DNA of 64,000 bases from a virus. Of the stretch, positions 50,781 through 59,745 are shown one piece after another. Both the position numbers and the translations under genes were made by a program. How positions within the stretch are numbered: the stretch's first letter is position 1; every line of letters starts with the position of its first letter. The stretch covers positions 1-64,000 of the IMG/VR virus record IMGVR_UViG_3300042868_006787; one strand, written 5' to 3'. Under the pieces are notes generated by a model, which saw nothing but the letters and a program-made list of their open reading frames with translations, was not told where the DNA came from and searched no databases.

Positions 50781-50807
50781 CAGAGTTTTTTAAATTATAA
50801 AACTCTG
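50781..50807. repeat. 9-bp inverted repeat CAGAGTTTT-N9-AAAACTCTG upstream of nrdJ
   Basis: Seen directly; abuts TGCTATACT (50774-50782, minus). Confidence 0.6.
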
Positions 50808-50855
50808 TCTAAAGTTAAAGTATAGAGTTTTAAAGTTTAACAAACTGTCCAGATT

Positions 50856-51551
50856 TTATAATAACACAAAACTATTATCATTATAGGTTTCTATAGGATC
50901 TATATTTTTATTAATAGGAAAAATATCGTATGCAATTGTAATCCTATCCTTTGAAAGATTCCAAGGAGCCATAGCATGTGCGTGGCCTGTTTCTGAAAGA
51001 ATTGCAACATTGTTTTTATTATTAATAATTACATCTTTACCAAAAATTTTATAATATGTTTTAGAAGGCTCTGCTGAAACCGAATAATAGCCATGAAGAA
51101 ATGGGAAGCCTTCTCCTCCATGATCGTGCCAAGGCATTTTTTCTATCATCTCTTCAGTTATCTCAATATCCTCATTTGTACTATTTTTTACACTATATAA
51201 ATTAAACCATCCATGAATAGAAAAGTCTTGATCTTCAAAATTTACACCATAATACTCGCAAGCCTCAATAGTCATAGATCTTATAGATTTTAATAAATTA
51301 ATTAATGCTGGATGTTTAAAATTAAATATATTGTAATACTCGGTTGTCATTGATGGAATTCCATCTTTTTTATCAATAAACATTTCCTTTGGAAATTTAG
51401 TCATTGTATGATCTGTAACCTCATTAATCTTAAAAAATTGCTCGGCATATATTAAGTAATTAACTTTATGCAGAAATGAGTATAAATCTTCTAAGTCATT
51501 ATCTAATTCCCTAGAAAAAAATTTATGCTGTTTTTTCAAATGATTTTTCAT
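50856..51551 (-). CDS. Cupin/2OG-Fe(II) oxygenase-like protein (group B; start likely 51551)
   Basis: GWFN, WHDH, HGYYSV, SETGHAH, RITIAYD; ATGA coupling. Confidence 0.7.
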   Translation of the reverse strand: MKNHLKKQHKFFSRELDNDLEDLYSFLHKVNYLIYAEQFFKINEVTDHTMTKFPKEMFIDKKDGIPSMTTEYYNIFNFKHPALINLLKSIRSMTIEACEYYGVNFEDQDFSIHGWFNLYSVKNSTNEDIEITEEMIEKMPWHDHGGEGFPFLHGYYSVSAEPSKTYYKIFGKDVIINNKNNVAILSETGHAHAMAPWNLSKDRITIAYDIFPINKNIDPIETYNDNSFVLL

Positions 51552-52207
51552 GATAATGGAATCCATTTTCCTGGTTTGCCACCAGACATCATAGCAGATG
51601 GAACTATATCATAGGCAATTGTTATTCTTGGGTTTTTTTGAAACCAATCATCTCTTCCATGTGGGTGACCAGTTTCTGAAATAATTGCTCTATTGTTTTT
51701 ATTTACATTTTCAAAAATTTTATCTTCATTTCTGTCTATTTTATAAAAAGTAGAAGATGGCTCTGCATCTACACAGTAATATCCATGAAATGCTGGTGCG
51801 CCAATTCCATTCATATGATCATGAAAATGATTTGGATACTTTAATGGATTAACTCCCCCATTTTTTCCTTCATTTGGAGTTTCCTGGTCTAAATTGAACC
51901 ATCCGTGAATTAAATATTTTTCTTTATCCATATCTATTTCATAATATTCACAAACATCTTTCATTAATTTTCCAAGAGACTTGTAGAGTTGATAAATGCC
52001 TGGATGAATAAAAGTAAAAATATTATAATGATCAATGCCTAACTTTGTTAAAGATCCCATCCCTTTTCCATGCTTAAGCATTTCTTCTTTTGAAACATTT
52101 AGAATATTTTCATCTAAAATTAAAGATTCCATATCAACTAGATAAGACTTAAGACTATTTAAATCATTATCTAAAACAACATTAAAAAATTTTTGTGGTT
52201 TACTCAT
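51548..52207 (-). CDS. Cupin/2OG-Fe(II) oxygenase-like protein (group B; start likely 52207)
   Basis: GWFN, FHDH, HGYYCV, SETGHPH, RITIAYD; ATGA coupling. Confidence 0.7.
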   Translation of the reverse strand: MSKPQKFFNVVLDNDLNSLKSYLVDMESLILDENILNVSKEEMLKHGKGMGSLTKLGIDHYNIFTFIHPGIYQLYKSLGKLMKDVCEYYEIDMDKEKYLIHGWFNLDQETPNEGKNGGVNPLKYPNHFHDHMNGIGAPAFHGYYCVDAEPSSTFYKIDRNEDKIFENVNKNNRAIISETGHPHGRDDWFQKNPRITIAYDIVPSAMMSGGKPGKWIPLS

Positions 52208-52851
52208 GCCAGTGGAATCCAGTGCTGTTCCCAATTATGCATAATTCCTTTAAAAGGAATAACATCATAGGCAATTGTTATTCTTGGACCTTCCCAGTCC
52301 CAATCAGCCATGGCATGGGGATGGCCAGTTTCAGAAAGAATGGCTCTATTATTTTTATTTATATTTTCAAATTCTTTATCAAATACTTTGTAGTGAGTTG
52401 TTGATGGTTCTGCTTTTACAGAATAATAACCGTGAAACCACGGAGCGCCAGAGCCACCATGTTCGTGCCAATCAAGTTTTCCGGTGTGATTGTAATTAAC
52501 ATTAAACCAACCTTGTACCCAAAAATCCTCTTTTTCAAAATCAAGATCATAATGTTTACAGGCTTCAATAGTCATAGACCTTACAGATCTAAACAATTTA
52601 TGAATTGCTGGATGATAAAATTGAAAAACATTATATTTATTCCATTTGCTTGTAGTTATACTTCCAGAAGAGTCCCAAAGCGTCTTTTCATCTTTATCAT
52701 TTTTTAATATTTCGCCTTTTTTAATACGTTCAGATTGTATAATTAAAAAATTTGATAAATTATCTAGGTCAGAATCTAAAGTTCTTTCAAAAAATTTATG
52801 AGGAACGTTTTTATTTTGACTAGTGCTGTTTAAAGAAATATTTTCGTACAT
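52204..52851 (-). CDS. Cupin/2OG-Fe(II) oxygenase-like protein (group B)
   Basis: GWFN, WHEH, HGYYSV, SETGHPH, RITIAYD; TGATATACT at 52873-52881. Confidence 0.7.
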   Translation of the reverse strand: MYENISLNSTSQNKNVPHKFFERTLDSDLDNLSNFLIIQSERIKKGEILKNDKDEKTLWDSSGSITTSKWNKYNVFQFYHPAIHKLFRSVRSMTIEACKHYDLDFEKEDFWVQGWFNVNYNHTGKLDWHEHGGSGAPWFHGYYSVKAEPSTTHYKVFDKEFENINKNNRAILSETGHPHAMADWDWEGPRITIAYDVIPFKGIMHNWEQHWIPLA

Positions 52852-52899
52852 TTAGTCTCCATTTCTTTATATAGTATATCATAAAGATAAATGAGATTT

Positions 52900-54180
52900 T
52901 TACTTATTATGTACTAGATAATCTCCAGCAATAAACCAGTCTTGTGGCTCACAGTTAAACTGATAGACTACGGACTCTGAAATATCAGTTGTTATAGATA
53001 CAATTTCTATTTCTGAAAAAGATCCATCTTGTTCAACTTTTATTAAAATATCTCCTTCTTCTATTTCAGAAGCATTTTTAACAACATAGGATGACCCCAC
53101 TTTAGCAAAAAATGGCTGTGTCATTGAATATTTGCTATGGGATTCTCCATTAAAATATACAACTGAATACTTTGTTGATGGAACAATATTTACAACAGTT
53201 GTTGAAACTATTCCATTTGAAGTTAATGCTGAACTAGAAAATTCTGAGTAGTCATAATCTCCAGCATCCCCTTCAGTTGACAATTCTGACAAACCTACTG
53301 AGTATACAGCATCTCCAACCTGAATATCTTTTGCTGCAACCAAACCAGTTGGCGTTCTAATTAGTGTGTCTGCTTCAATACAAGCACGTCCTCCTGGTGA
53401 AAAACCAAACGGTGTAAATCCAAATGGTGTAAATCCAAATGCGCCAAATGGTGTAAATCCAAATGCGCCAAATGGTGTAAATCCAAATGGTGTAAATCCA
53501 AATGCGCCAAATGGTGTAAATGAAAATGCATCAAACGGTACAAAACCAAATGCACCGAATGGTGCAAAACCAAATGGTGTAAATGAGAATGATGTTACTG
53601 ATCCTGAAGCAGCAGATGTGCCTGAATTACCGTTAGCGTTAGTTGCATAAACGGTGTATGTTTGTGCTGTTCCCGCTTCTTGCCCTACAGAAACAGATGT
53701 TCCCGCCTGTGTTGCTCCCTTGCCATCGCTAGAAGCCCAAGTGTAAGAAGTAATAGCACTTCCACCAGTTGCTGGTGCTGACCAAGAAACGTCGTCGTTT
53801 GCCGCTCCACCTTGTGCAGTTGCGCTAGGTGCTGATGGAGTTGCAGGAACTGTTGTTGCAGTTACTGAGCCGCTTGCTGCACTTGCTGCCGATGTTCCAT
53901 AAGTATTAGTTGCAGTTACTGTAAATGTATAAGCAGTATCACTTGATAAACCTGTAACCCGAATTGGAGAACTCGAGCCAGAAGCGGTGTAACTTCCTGG
54001 GGTTGATAAAACTGTATAAGAGGTTGCAGCATTTCTTGGGTCTGCAGTGAAGGAAACATCTACAGCACCATCATTATATGGACGAGCAGTTCCAACATTG
54101 GATGCAGAATCAATTGTTGGTGCATATGGCATTAAAAAGTCATTAGCACCTTGCGATTTACGACCACTTCTTTTACTCAT
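52900..54180 (-). CDS. FN3-FN3-(FGFTP/FGA)n-Hint domain protein
   Basis: Two FN3 domains (VTGLSSDTAYTFTVTATN; VSWSAPATGGSAITSY), 65-aa Phe repeat, Hint from C267 (CIEADTLI) to LVHNK-stop. Confidence 0.85.
   Translation of the reverse strand: MSKRSGRKSQGANDFLMPYAPTIDSASNVGTARPYNDGAVDVSFTADPRNAATSYTVLSTPGSYTASGSSSPIRVTGLSSDTAYTFTVTATNTYGTSAASAASGSVTATTVPATPSAPSATAQGGAANDDVSWSAPATGGSAITSYTWASSDGKGATQAGTSVSVGQEAGTAQTYTVYATNANGNSGTSAASGSVTSFSFTPFGFAPFGAFGFVPFDAFSFTPFGAFGFTPFGFTPFGAFGFTPFGAFGFTPFGFTPFGFSPGGRACIEADTLIRTPTGLVAAKDIQVGDAVYSVGLSELSTEGDAGDYDYSEFSSSALTSNGIVSTTVVNIVPSTKYSVVYFNGESHSKYSMTQPFFAKVGSSYVVKNASEIEEGDILIKVEQDGSFSEIEIVSITTDISESVVYQFNCEPQDWFIAGDYLVHNK
53395..53589 (-). repeat. Coding tandem repeat: ten F[GS]FxP pentapeptides plus five F[GD]A tripeptides
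   Basis: 15-nt (tttggatttacacca) and 9-nt (tttggcgca) units read directly. Confidence 0.95.
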
Positions 54181-54224
54181 AAACTCTTCTCCCCTTATTT
54201 ATTAATTTTTTTCCTGTCTAACAA

Positions 54225-55964
54225 TTACGCTGAAAGATCTCCAAAGACTACCCAAGAGTTTTCTGCTCTCTTAAATAATGTTGCAGATGACCAACGTGTA
54301 CGAAGTTTAAGTCCAGGAGTAGCATTTACTGTTACTCCAGCATCGCCAGCAATTGTAACCTGTCCAGTGTTAGTCTGTAGAATATCCAATGTGGTTCCTA
54401 CTGGATAAGCAACTGCGCTATTTAGTGGGATGGTGATTGTTGTTCCTGATTCTGAACTTACTTCAATTAATGAGTCTCTTTCTGATTCTGCTGAAAGAGT
54501 ATAAGAAGCAGTCTTTGAAATAATTGGTGTTCGTGAAGGAACGCCTTCTTTTGTTTGTGTTCCGTCTGGGAATACTACTCCAGATGAGGGGGTTACTGTT
54601 GTAGCCTCAAGTGCAGCAACTTTAATGTCATCAAGTGACCCTTCTGTAAAATCAATGGTAGTTGTTGGCTCTGTTGTTACGCCTTTAAACAGTTTCCACT
54701 TAGCATCAGATGCGTCTCTTACTAATCCTGAGTGTTTTGCTGTTCCATCATTGTATGCAACTACAAGGCCAAGGTCAATCGTATTTGCTGGATTTTCGTG
54801 AGCAAGTTGAAGAATATTGTCTTCAACTGTAATACTCGTTGATGATACTGCAAAGGTATTTCCATTTACTGTTAAATTTCCATCTACAGTAAGAGCGTCA
54901 ACTGTTGTTGTTCCTGTAAATGTTGGTCCTGCAAGATTAGCCTTAAGATCAAGGGCTGTCTGTGTAGCACTTGATACTGGCTTATTTGCATCTGATGTAT
55001 TGTCAACATCTGAAAGCCCTACCATAGTCTTTGTAACTGCTCCTTCTGCAATTTTTGCAGTAGTTACTGCTGCATTAGCAAGTTTTTCTGTTGTAACAGA
55101 AAGGCCACCAAGTTCATTAGTTCCAACTGAGTCATCACTTAAATGTGATTGTGAAATTGCATTGTCTGCAATCTTAGGTCCAGTTACTGCTGCATTTGCA
55201 ATTTTTGCTGTTGTGACAGAATCAGAAACTGGAGTTCTTTCATCTGAAAGACGTGAATCGTTTGTGTAAACAAGGTTTAGTGTATTTGAAATACCATGTA
55301 CGCTTGTATTTCCTGATTCATGGTCTGCTAATGAATTAGAAACTGCAACAAGATCTTCGTCATAGACTAGACTAAATACGTTTGAGATACCATGGACATT
55401 TGAGGTTGCTGATTCATGACCTGCTAATGAATTAGAAACTACATCAAGATCTTCATCATAGACTAAGGTAAAAGCGTTTATAATACCATGGACATTTGAG
55501 GTTGCGTTAGCATGATTTTCAACTGAAGTTTTGACTGCATAATGATCTTGATCAAGTACTGACAAGGCATTATTTGTGCTTGCAATAGAGTTGCTAAGGC
55601 TAGAATTAGTATTACTTTGCTGTGTTAAAACATTTTGGATGTTTGCAAGATTTTGAGTAATCGAATTTGCAAATCCTGCGTCATCTCCAATTGCTGCTGC
55701 AATCTCATTAAGAGTATTTAGTGTGTTTGGTGCTGCGTCGATAACCGCATCAATTGCATTATTTATAGCAGTAGTAACCTCTGATGAATCAAATACAATG
55801 GAGGCATCTACGAAATATTGTAGGCTTGCAAATGCAGTACTTCCATTACCTACTTTAAACTTGTTGGTATCTGTTTCAAAGCCAATTTCTCCTGCGCCCA
55901 GTACTGGATTTGCTGCAGCCCATTGTGCTGCTGTACCTCTGCGCTGTTGCATTCTAGTTGCCAT
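54225..55964 (-). CDS. Tail fibre protein with Mtd_N-like N-terminal domain
   Basis: QRRGTAAQW...NPVLGAGEIGFETDT.KFKVGNG, APNTLNTLNEIA, VTTAKIA repeats, C-terminal WVVFGDL. Confidence 0.8.
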   Translation of the reverse strand: MATRMQQRRGTAAQWAAANPVLGAGEIGFETDTNKFKVGNGSTAFASLQYFVDASIVFDSSEVTTAINNAIDAVIDAAPNTLNTLNEIAAAIGDDAGFANSITQNLANIQNVLTQQSNTNSSLSNSIASTNNALSVLDQDHYAVKTSVENHANATSNVHGIINAFTLVYDEDLDVVSNSLAGHESATSNVHGISNVFSLVYDEDLVAVSNSLADHESGNTSVHGISNTLNLVYTNDSRLSDERTPVSDSVTTAKIANAAVTGPKIADNAISQSHLSDDSVGTNELGGLSVTTEKLANAAVTTAKIAEGAVTKTMVGLSDVDNTSDANKPVSSATQTALDLKANLAGPTFTGTTTVDALTVDGNLTVNGNTFAVSSTSITVEDNILQLAHENPANTIDLGLVVAYNDGTAKHSGLVRDASDAKWKLFKGVTTEPTTTIDFTEGSLDDIKVAALEATTVTPSSGVVFPDGTQTKEGVPSRTPIISKTASYTLSAESERDSLIEVSSESGTTITIPLNSAVAYPVGTTLDILQTNTGQVTIAGDAGVTVNATPGLKLRTRWSSATLFKRAENSWVVFGDLSA

Positions 55965-56011
55965 TTTTTATTTCCTCCTGGGGGTTATGGGTATAATTAT
56001 AACAGATTATT

Positions 56012-56467
56012 TTAGTTAAAATTATCTGTTGCTGTTCCGCCATCATACGTTAATGTCCAAGATGATGTTGATGGTAATCCTGCATCTTGTGGTGTTCCTT
56101 GTGGTGCATTATAAAATCCACTACTTATAAATTGGCTGACTATAAAACCAGTTCCATCTATTGCTGTATCGTGAATGTGATCTGGTAGTGTTTGTGTATC
56201 ATCAATTGTTGCAATTGTAATCCAAGAACCATTGTAATAAACGTTGACTCGAGATGTTAACGTATCAAACCATAGTTGTCCATTTGTTGGAGAAACGGGG
56301 GCAGTTGATGATGCTGGCATTGCGCCAGTTACTGAATCAACATATGCTTTAGTGGTTGCATGGGTGCTTTCAGTTGGAGTTCCAACTACTACAGCATTTC
56401 CAAAACTACCGCCAGCAGTAACAATAAGGCCATTTTTGATCTTAAAGTCTTTTTCTACTGTTGCCAT
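56012..56467 (-). CDS. Small fibre-associated protein
   Basis: HATTKAYVD, P.SPTNGQLWFD; N-terminus shared with 56497..57972. Confidence 0.65.
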   Translation of the reverse strand: MATVEKDFKIKNGLIVTAGGSFGNAVVVGTPTESTHATTKAYVDSVTGAMPASSTAPVSPTNGQLWFDTLTSRVNVYYNGSWITIATIDDTQTLPDHIHDTAIDGTGFIVSQFISSGFYNAPQGTPQDAGLPSTSSWTLTYDGGTATDNFN

Positions 56468-56496
56468 TTATCTCCCCCGTTTTTAGTTATTTTTTA

Positions 56497-57972
56497 TTAC
56501 GCTACTAGTGTTCCGACAACTGTTACTGTTGAACTGTTATTAGCAGTTGTTACATTGAGTCGGACATCTGCTCCTGAAATACTTGCTGAAATTGTTGATG
56601 CTGAACCATTGGTTCCAACAATTGCGTATTCAGTGATTGCAATGTTATCTGAAGTATCAAGTGTCAAAAGGACCTTTGAAATTTCAGTGTGTGCTCCGTA
56701 AGCAACCTTTACAAGGTATTCTGCTGAACGATATTCAGCCTTTGCAAAAGAATGTGCTACTTGAATTCCTGCTGTTGGTGCTGATAGTTGTGCTGCAACC
56801 TGCTTAGCAACTGAGGATAACTCAACTGCTACAAAGTTTGGAACAACTGCTTCAAGAGCAGATACTGCACGAGCATTTGAGAAGTAAAGGTTTGAAGTTC
56901 CTTCTACTAAATCATCAGTATCAGAATCTCCTACACCGTTTTCAGCGGTAATAGTAAGTCCTGCGCCTGAGCCTGTTATTGTAATGTTTGAAAGTGTTGC
57001 ACCAGTTAAAAGATCTGCTGCTGCTGACTTTGAACGAGCATTTGAGAAATAAAGGTTACTTGCTCCTTCTTCAATATCGTCTGTGTCAAGTGCTGCGATT
57101 GCATTTGCTGCGGTTCCTGCTGCGTCATATGATGCTGCAGTTGCTGCTTGTGCACGAGCATTTGAGAAGTAAAGATTAGAAGCACCTTCTGAAACATCAT
57201 CTGTGTCAAGGCTAGTTACAGAAATTGTATTTCCTGTAATATCAATGTTTGACCCTGCAGTTAAAATGTTTTGCTTTAATGCAACTGAGTTAGCAAGTGT
57301 TACAGCAAAGTTTGCGTCATCACCAATTGCGTTTGCTAATTCATTAAGAGTATTAAGCAAATCTGGTGCTGAATCAACAATTGCTGCTACAGCGTTGGCT
57401 GCTGCTTCATCTGCATAATCTTGTGCATCTGATAATGCATTTGCTGCTGCGCCTGCAAGATCGTATGATCCAGCAAGTGCTGCTTGGGCACGTGCATTTG
57501 TAAAGTAAAGGTTTGTTGTACCTTCTGTTAGGTCGTCAGTATCAGAATCTGCTACACCGTTTTCTGCAGAGATAGTAAGTCCTGAACCTGATCCTGTAAT
57601 TGTAATGTTTGTTAGAGTTGCACCAGTTAAAAGATCTGCTGTTGCAGACTTTGAACGTGCATTTGTAAAGTAAAGGTTTGAAGTTCCTTCTGATAAATCA
57701 TCAGTATCAAAGTTTGAAATGTCTGATACTTGACCAGTTACATCTCCAACAAGATCTGCTGTAATTACGTTTGCAGCAAAGTTTTTGTTGCCATCACGAA
57801 GTACAATAGCATTTGCTACTGATGCTGAGTTTGCTACTCCACCAATAAGTCCCTGTATGTAAGTTGTGTCTCCTGCTGATTTTGTAAGAACGTCATTTCC
57901 GTTAACGGTTGCTGTCGCACCTTCAACGATTAGACCATATTTAACTTTAAAATCTTTTGTTACTGTTGCCAT
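56497..57972 (-). CDS. Fibre protein with five DTDDxxEGxxNLYFxNAR repeats
   Basis: Repeats read directly; APDLLNTLNELA; C-terminal YRSAEYLV...ITEYAIV domain. Confidence 0.75.
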   Translation of the reverse strand: MATVTKDFKVKYGLIVEGATATVNGNDVLTKSAGDTTYIQGLIGGVANSASVANAIVLRDGNKNFAANVITADLVGDVTGQVSDISNFDTDDLSEGTSNLYFTNARSKSATADLLTGATLTNITITGSGSGLTISAENGVADSDTDDLTEGTTNLYFTNARAQAALAGSYDLAGAAANALSDAQDYADEAAANAVAAIVDSAPDLLNTLNELANAIGDDANFAVTLANSVALKQNILTAGSNIDITGNTISVTSLDTDDVSEGASNLYFSNARAQAATAASYDAAGTAANAIAALDTDDIEEGASNLYFSNARSKSAAADLLTGATLSNITITGSGAGLTITAENGVGDSDTDDLVEGTSNLYFSNARAVSALEAVVPNFVAVELSSVAKQVAAQLSAPTAGIQVAHSFAKAEYRSAEYLVKVAYGAHTEISKVLLTLDTSDNIAITEYAIVGTNGSASTISASISGADVRLNVTTANNSSTVTVVGTLVA

Positions 57973-57987
57973 TTTGTATCTCCTAGG

Positions 57988-58434
57988 TTATGCCTTAAGT
58001 CCCATACGTGCGTAACGTACGGTGATCGGGCGGATTGATATGTCTGGGTCTACTGTTAAATAAACAGTGTTTCCACTTCTAGAGACGCTTATGGTGCCAA
58101 TATTCCCATCATTGTCTATCGTGCCGTACTCGCTTACGGAAATGTCGCTTCCATCTACAAGTATTGTCATCTCTGTGGCATAAAATTTATTATCGCCAGC
58201 AGAAGTCTTTGAAATTGCTATCAGATATTTAACCATTCGCCATTCAGTTGCACTGAAACTGTCTATTGTGGTTAAATTTTCAATACCATTAATAGTATTA
58301 TCATTGTTACCCGCAGACCCTAAACTTGTTGCTTGGGATGCAGTAGTATCAATAAGATTTATGTAATCGGCCTGTGTAGGGCGGTCACCTGTTTGGAACA
58401 AATTCTTTACATTTGGGATTGATATGATTGCCAT
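57988..58434 (-). CDS. Virion protein paralogous to the fibre C-terminal domain
   Basis: FQTGDRPTQADY; WRMVKYLI...VSEYGTI; leaderless TGTTATAAT at 58441-58449. Confidence 0.65.
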   Translation of the reverse strand: MAIISIPNVKNLFQTGDRPTQADYINLIDTTASQATSLGSAGNNDNTINGIENLTTIDSFSATEWRMVKYLIAISKTSAGDNKFYATEMTILVDGSDISVSEYGTIDNDGNIGTISVSRSGNTVYLTVDPDISIRPITVRYARMGLKA

Positions 58435-58457
58435 GGCATTATTATAACATTATTTTA

Positions 58458-59021
58458 TTACAGTTTTTCAATCCAAACTTGATACCCTTTTTGTAAAATT
58501 TTAATTCTAAGTTCGTTGTTTTTTAAAAACCTATCAATACCATTTAAAGGTTTTAAGTCAACATTTCGACTTGGGTGCTCCCATCCGTAATCATCAAACG
58601 CAAGGATTCCTCCTGATTTTAAAAGCGGGAATGCTAAAATTGCATCATTGTAAACACCTTCTGCTGAATGATCTCCATCTATATATATAAAGTCAAACTC
58701 TGCATCAGAAGAAGATAGGTATTCTTTGCTATCTTTTTTGATCTTTATAGAATTCGGGAACTGGCTCATTTTTTCATCATACATTGACTCAATTTCATCC
58801 CAGTCAAATTCTGTGTGAATTTTTTCTTTTGAGCCTTTCCAAGTATCTATGTCTGTAAGGCTTGATGTTTTGTCTGTTAATATATTTTTTAACAGCCATT
58901 CAGAGCCATGACCAAGGTATACGCCAATTTGTAAAAAATTAACATTTGGAAGGTCTTTATACTTGTTTAAAAATTTTTCAAATATTTGAATGTTGCTAGA
59001 AAACCAGTTTGGGTATTTCAT
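58458..59021 (-). CDS. Class I SAM-dependent methyltransferase (Methyltransf_24-like; start 59021)
   Basis: FLQIGVYLG, IDTW, FDFIYIDGDHS, LKSGGILAFDDY; GGAG before ATG 59021. Confidence 0.85.
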   Translation of the reverse strand: MKYPNWFSSNIQIFEKFLNKYKDLPNVNFLQIGVYLGHGSEWLLKNILTDKTSSLTDIDTWKGSKEKIHTEFDWDEIESMYDEKMSQFPNSIKIKKDSKEYLSSSDAEFDFIYIDGDHSAEGVYNDAILAFPLLKSGGILAFDDYGWEHPSRNVDLKPLNGIDRFLKNNELRIKILQKGYQVWIEKL

Positions 59022-59745
59022 GGTTTCTCCAATAGTCCAAGGTTTGTTCTTTTGATGTTGTGTGAATAGAGAACTTGCCAGTTTCTTCTGCGGTCTTATC
59101 AAACTCCAAATTAATTGAAGAGCCATAATCCATTGTGTAAGTAAAAAGTGGAATAGATAAGGTTTTGCAACCTTCGTATATCAAAATATCTGCTAATGCT
59201 GCTCGTGAACTTGGCAAAACATATTTTCCATCAATAAAATATTTCTTTAATAAGGCTTCTGCCCTATTTCTTTTAATTAAATAGCATGCTGCAGACCAGT
59301 CTCTTTTTTCTTTCATATGTAAGGATGGATTGACCCTATAGTTATGAATAATGCAAAGTTGTAACATGTCGTATGGTTTTTTTATTGATTCTACAAAATT
59401 AGAAAATTCAAAATTCCAAAAATCTACAGTCTCTAAACTTAAATCGTCTTCAGTAATAATTGCATATTCAGAATCTGAAGTCTCTAGCCAATGTTTGATT
59501 GTTTCAAGATGCGAGATAGTTGCCCCTAATTCATTTTTTGCCAACTGAAGTTTATCTTTTTCAAAAACAATTTTATCAAAATCAAAAGTGTCACCATCAT
59601 AGGCTGTAATAATTTTATAATCTTTTATTTCATACTTTTCAAAATGATTTTTTATATAGTCTAGCCTGTCTGTCTTAGACTCAAGATTAATCACATATAT
59701 TGGGGAGAACCCCTTTAATTTATTTAAACCAGTATGTTCCAGCAT
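58996..59745 (-). CDS. Glycosyltransferase family 25-like
   Basis: YVINLESKTDR, ELGATISHL, IITEDD, SAACYLI. Confidence 0.85.
   Translation of the reverse strand: MLEHTGLNKLKGFSPIYVINLESKTDRLDYIKNHFEKYEIKDYKIITAYDGDTFDFDKIVFEKDKLQLAKNELGATISHLETIKHWLETSDSEYAIITEDDLSLETVDFWNFEFSNFVESIKKPYDMLQLCIIHNYRVNPSLHMKEKRDWSAACYLIKRNRAEALLKKYFIDGKYVLPSSRAALADILIYEGCKTLSIPLFTYTMDYGSSINLEFDKTAEETGKFSIHTTSKEQTLDYWRNHEIPKLVF

Noticed and set aside
50732-50855. Cobalamin riboswitch or NrdR box upstream of nrdJ
   Set aside because: The region is short and very AT-rich, with no B12-box or NrdR consensus recognisable
53395-53589. Repeat array as CRISPR or replication iterons
   Set aside because: Units are 15 and 9 nt, contiguous, in-frame and have no unique spacers; variation is mostly at synonymous positions, so it is a coding repeat
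53361-53650. Alternative-frame ORFs giving (PNGVN)n and His/Leu-rich repeats
   Set aside because: Shadows of the FGFTP repeat, with no RBS or promoter seen
54225-55964. Diversity-generating retroelement suggested by the Mtd_N-like domain
   Set aside because: No reverse transcriptase, no TR/VR adenine-variant repeat and no C-type lectin tip seen in the window
55988-56004. Overlapping TATAAT boxes on both strands (gggtataattataaca)
   Set aside because: The minus copy explains the fibre gene; the plus copy has no -35 or downstream ORF and may arise from the self-complementary AT core
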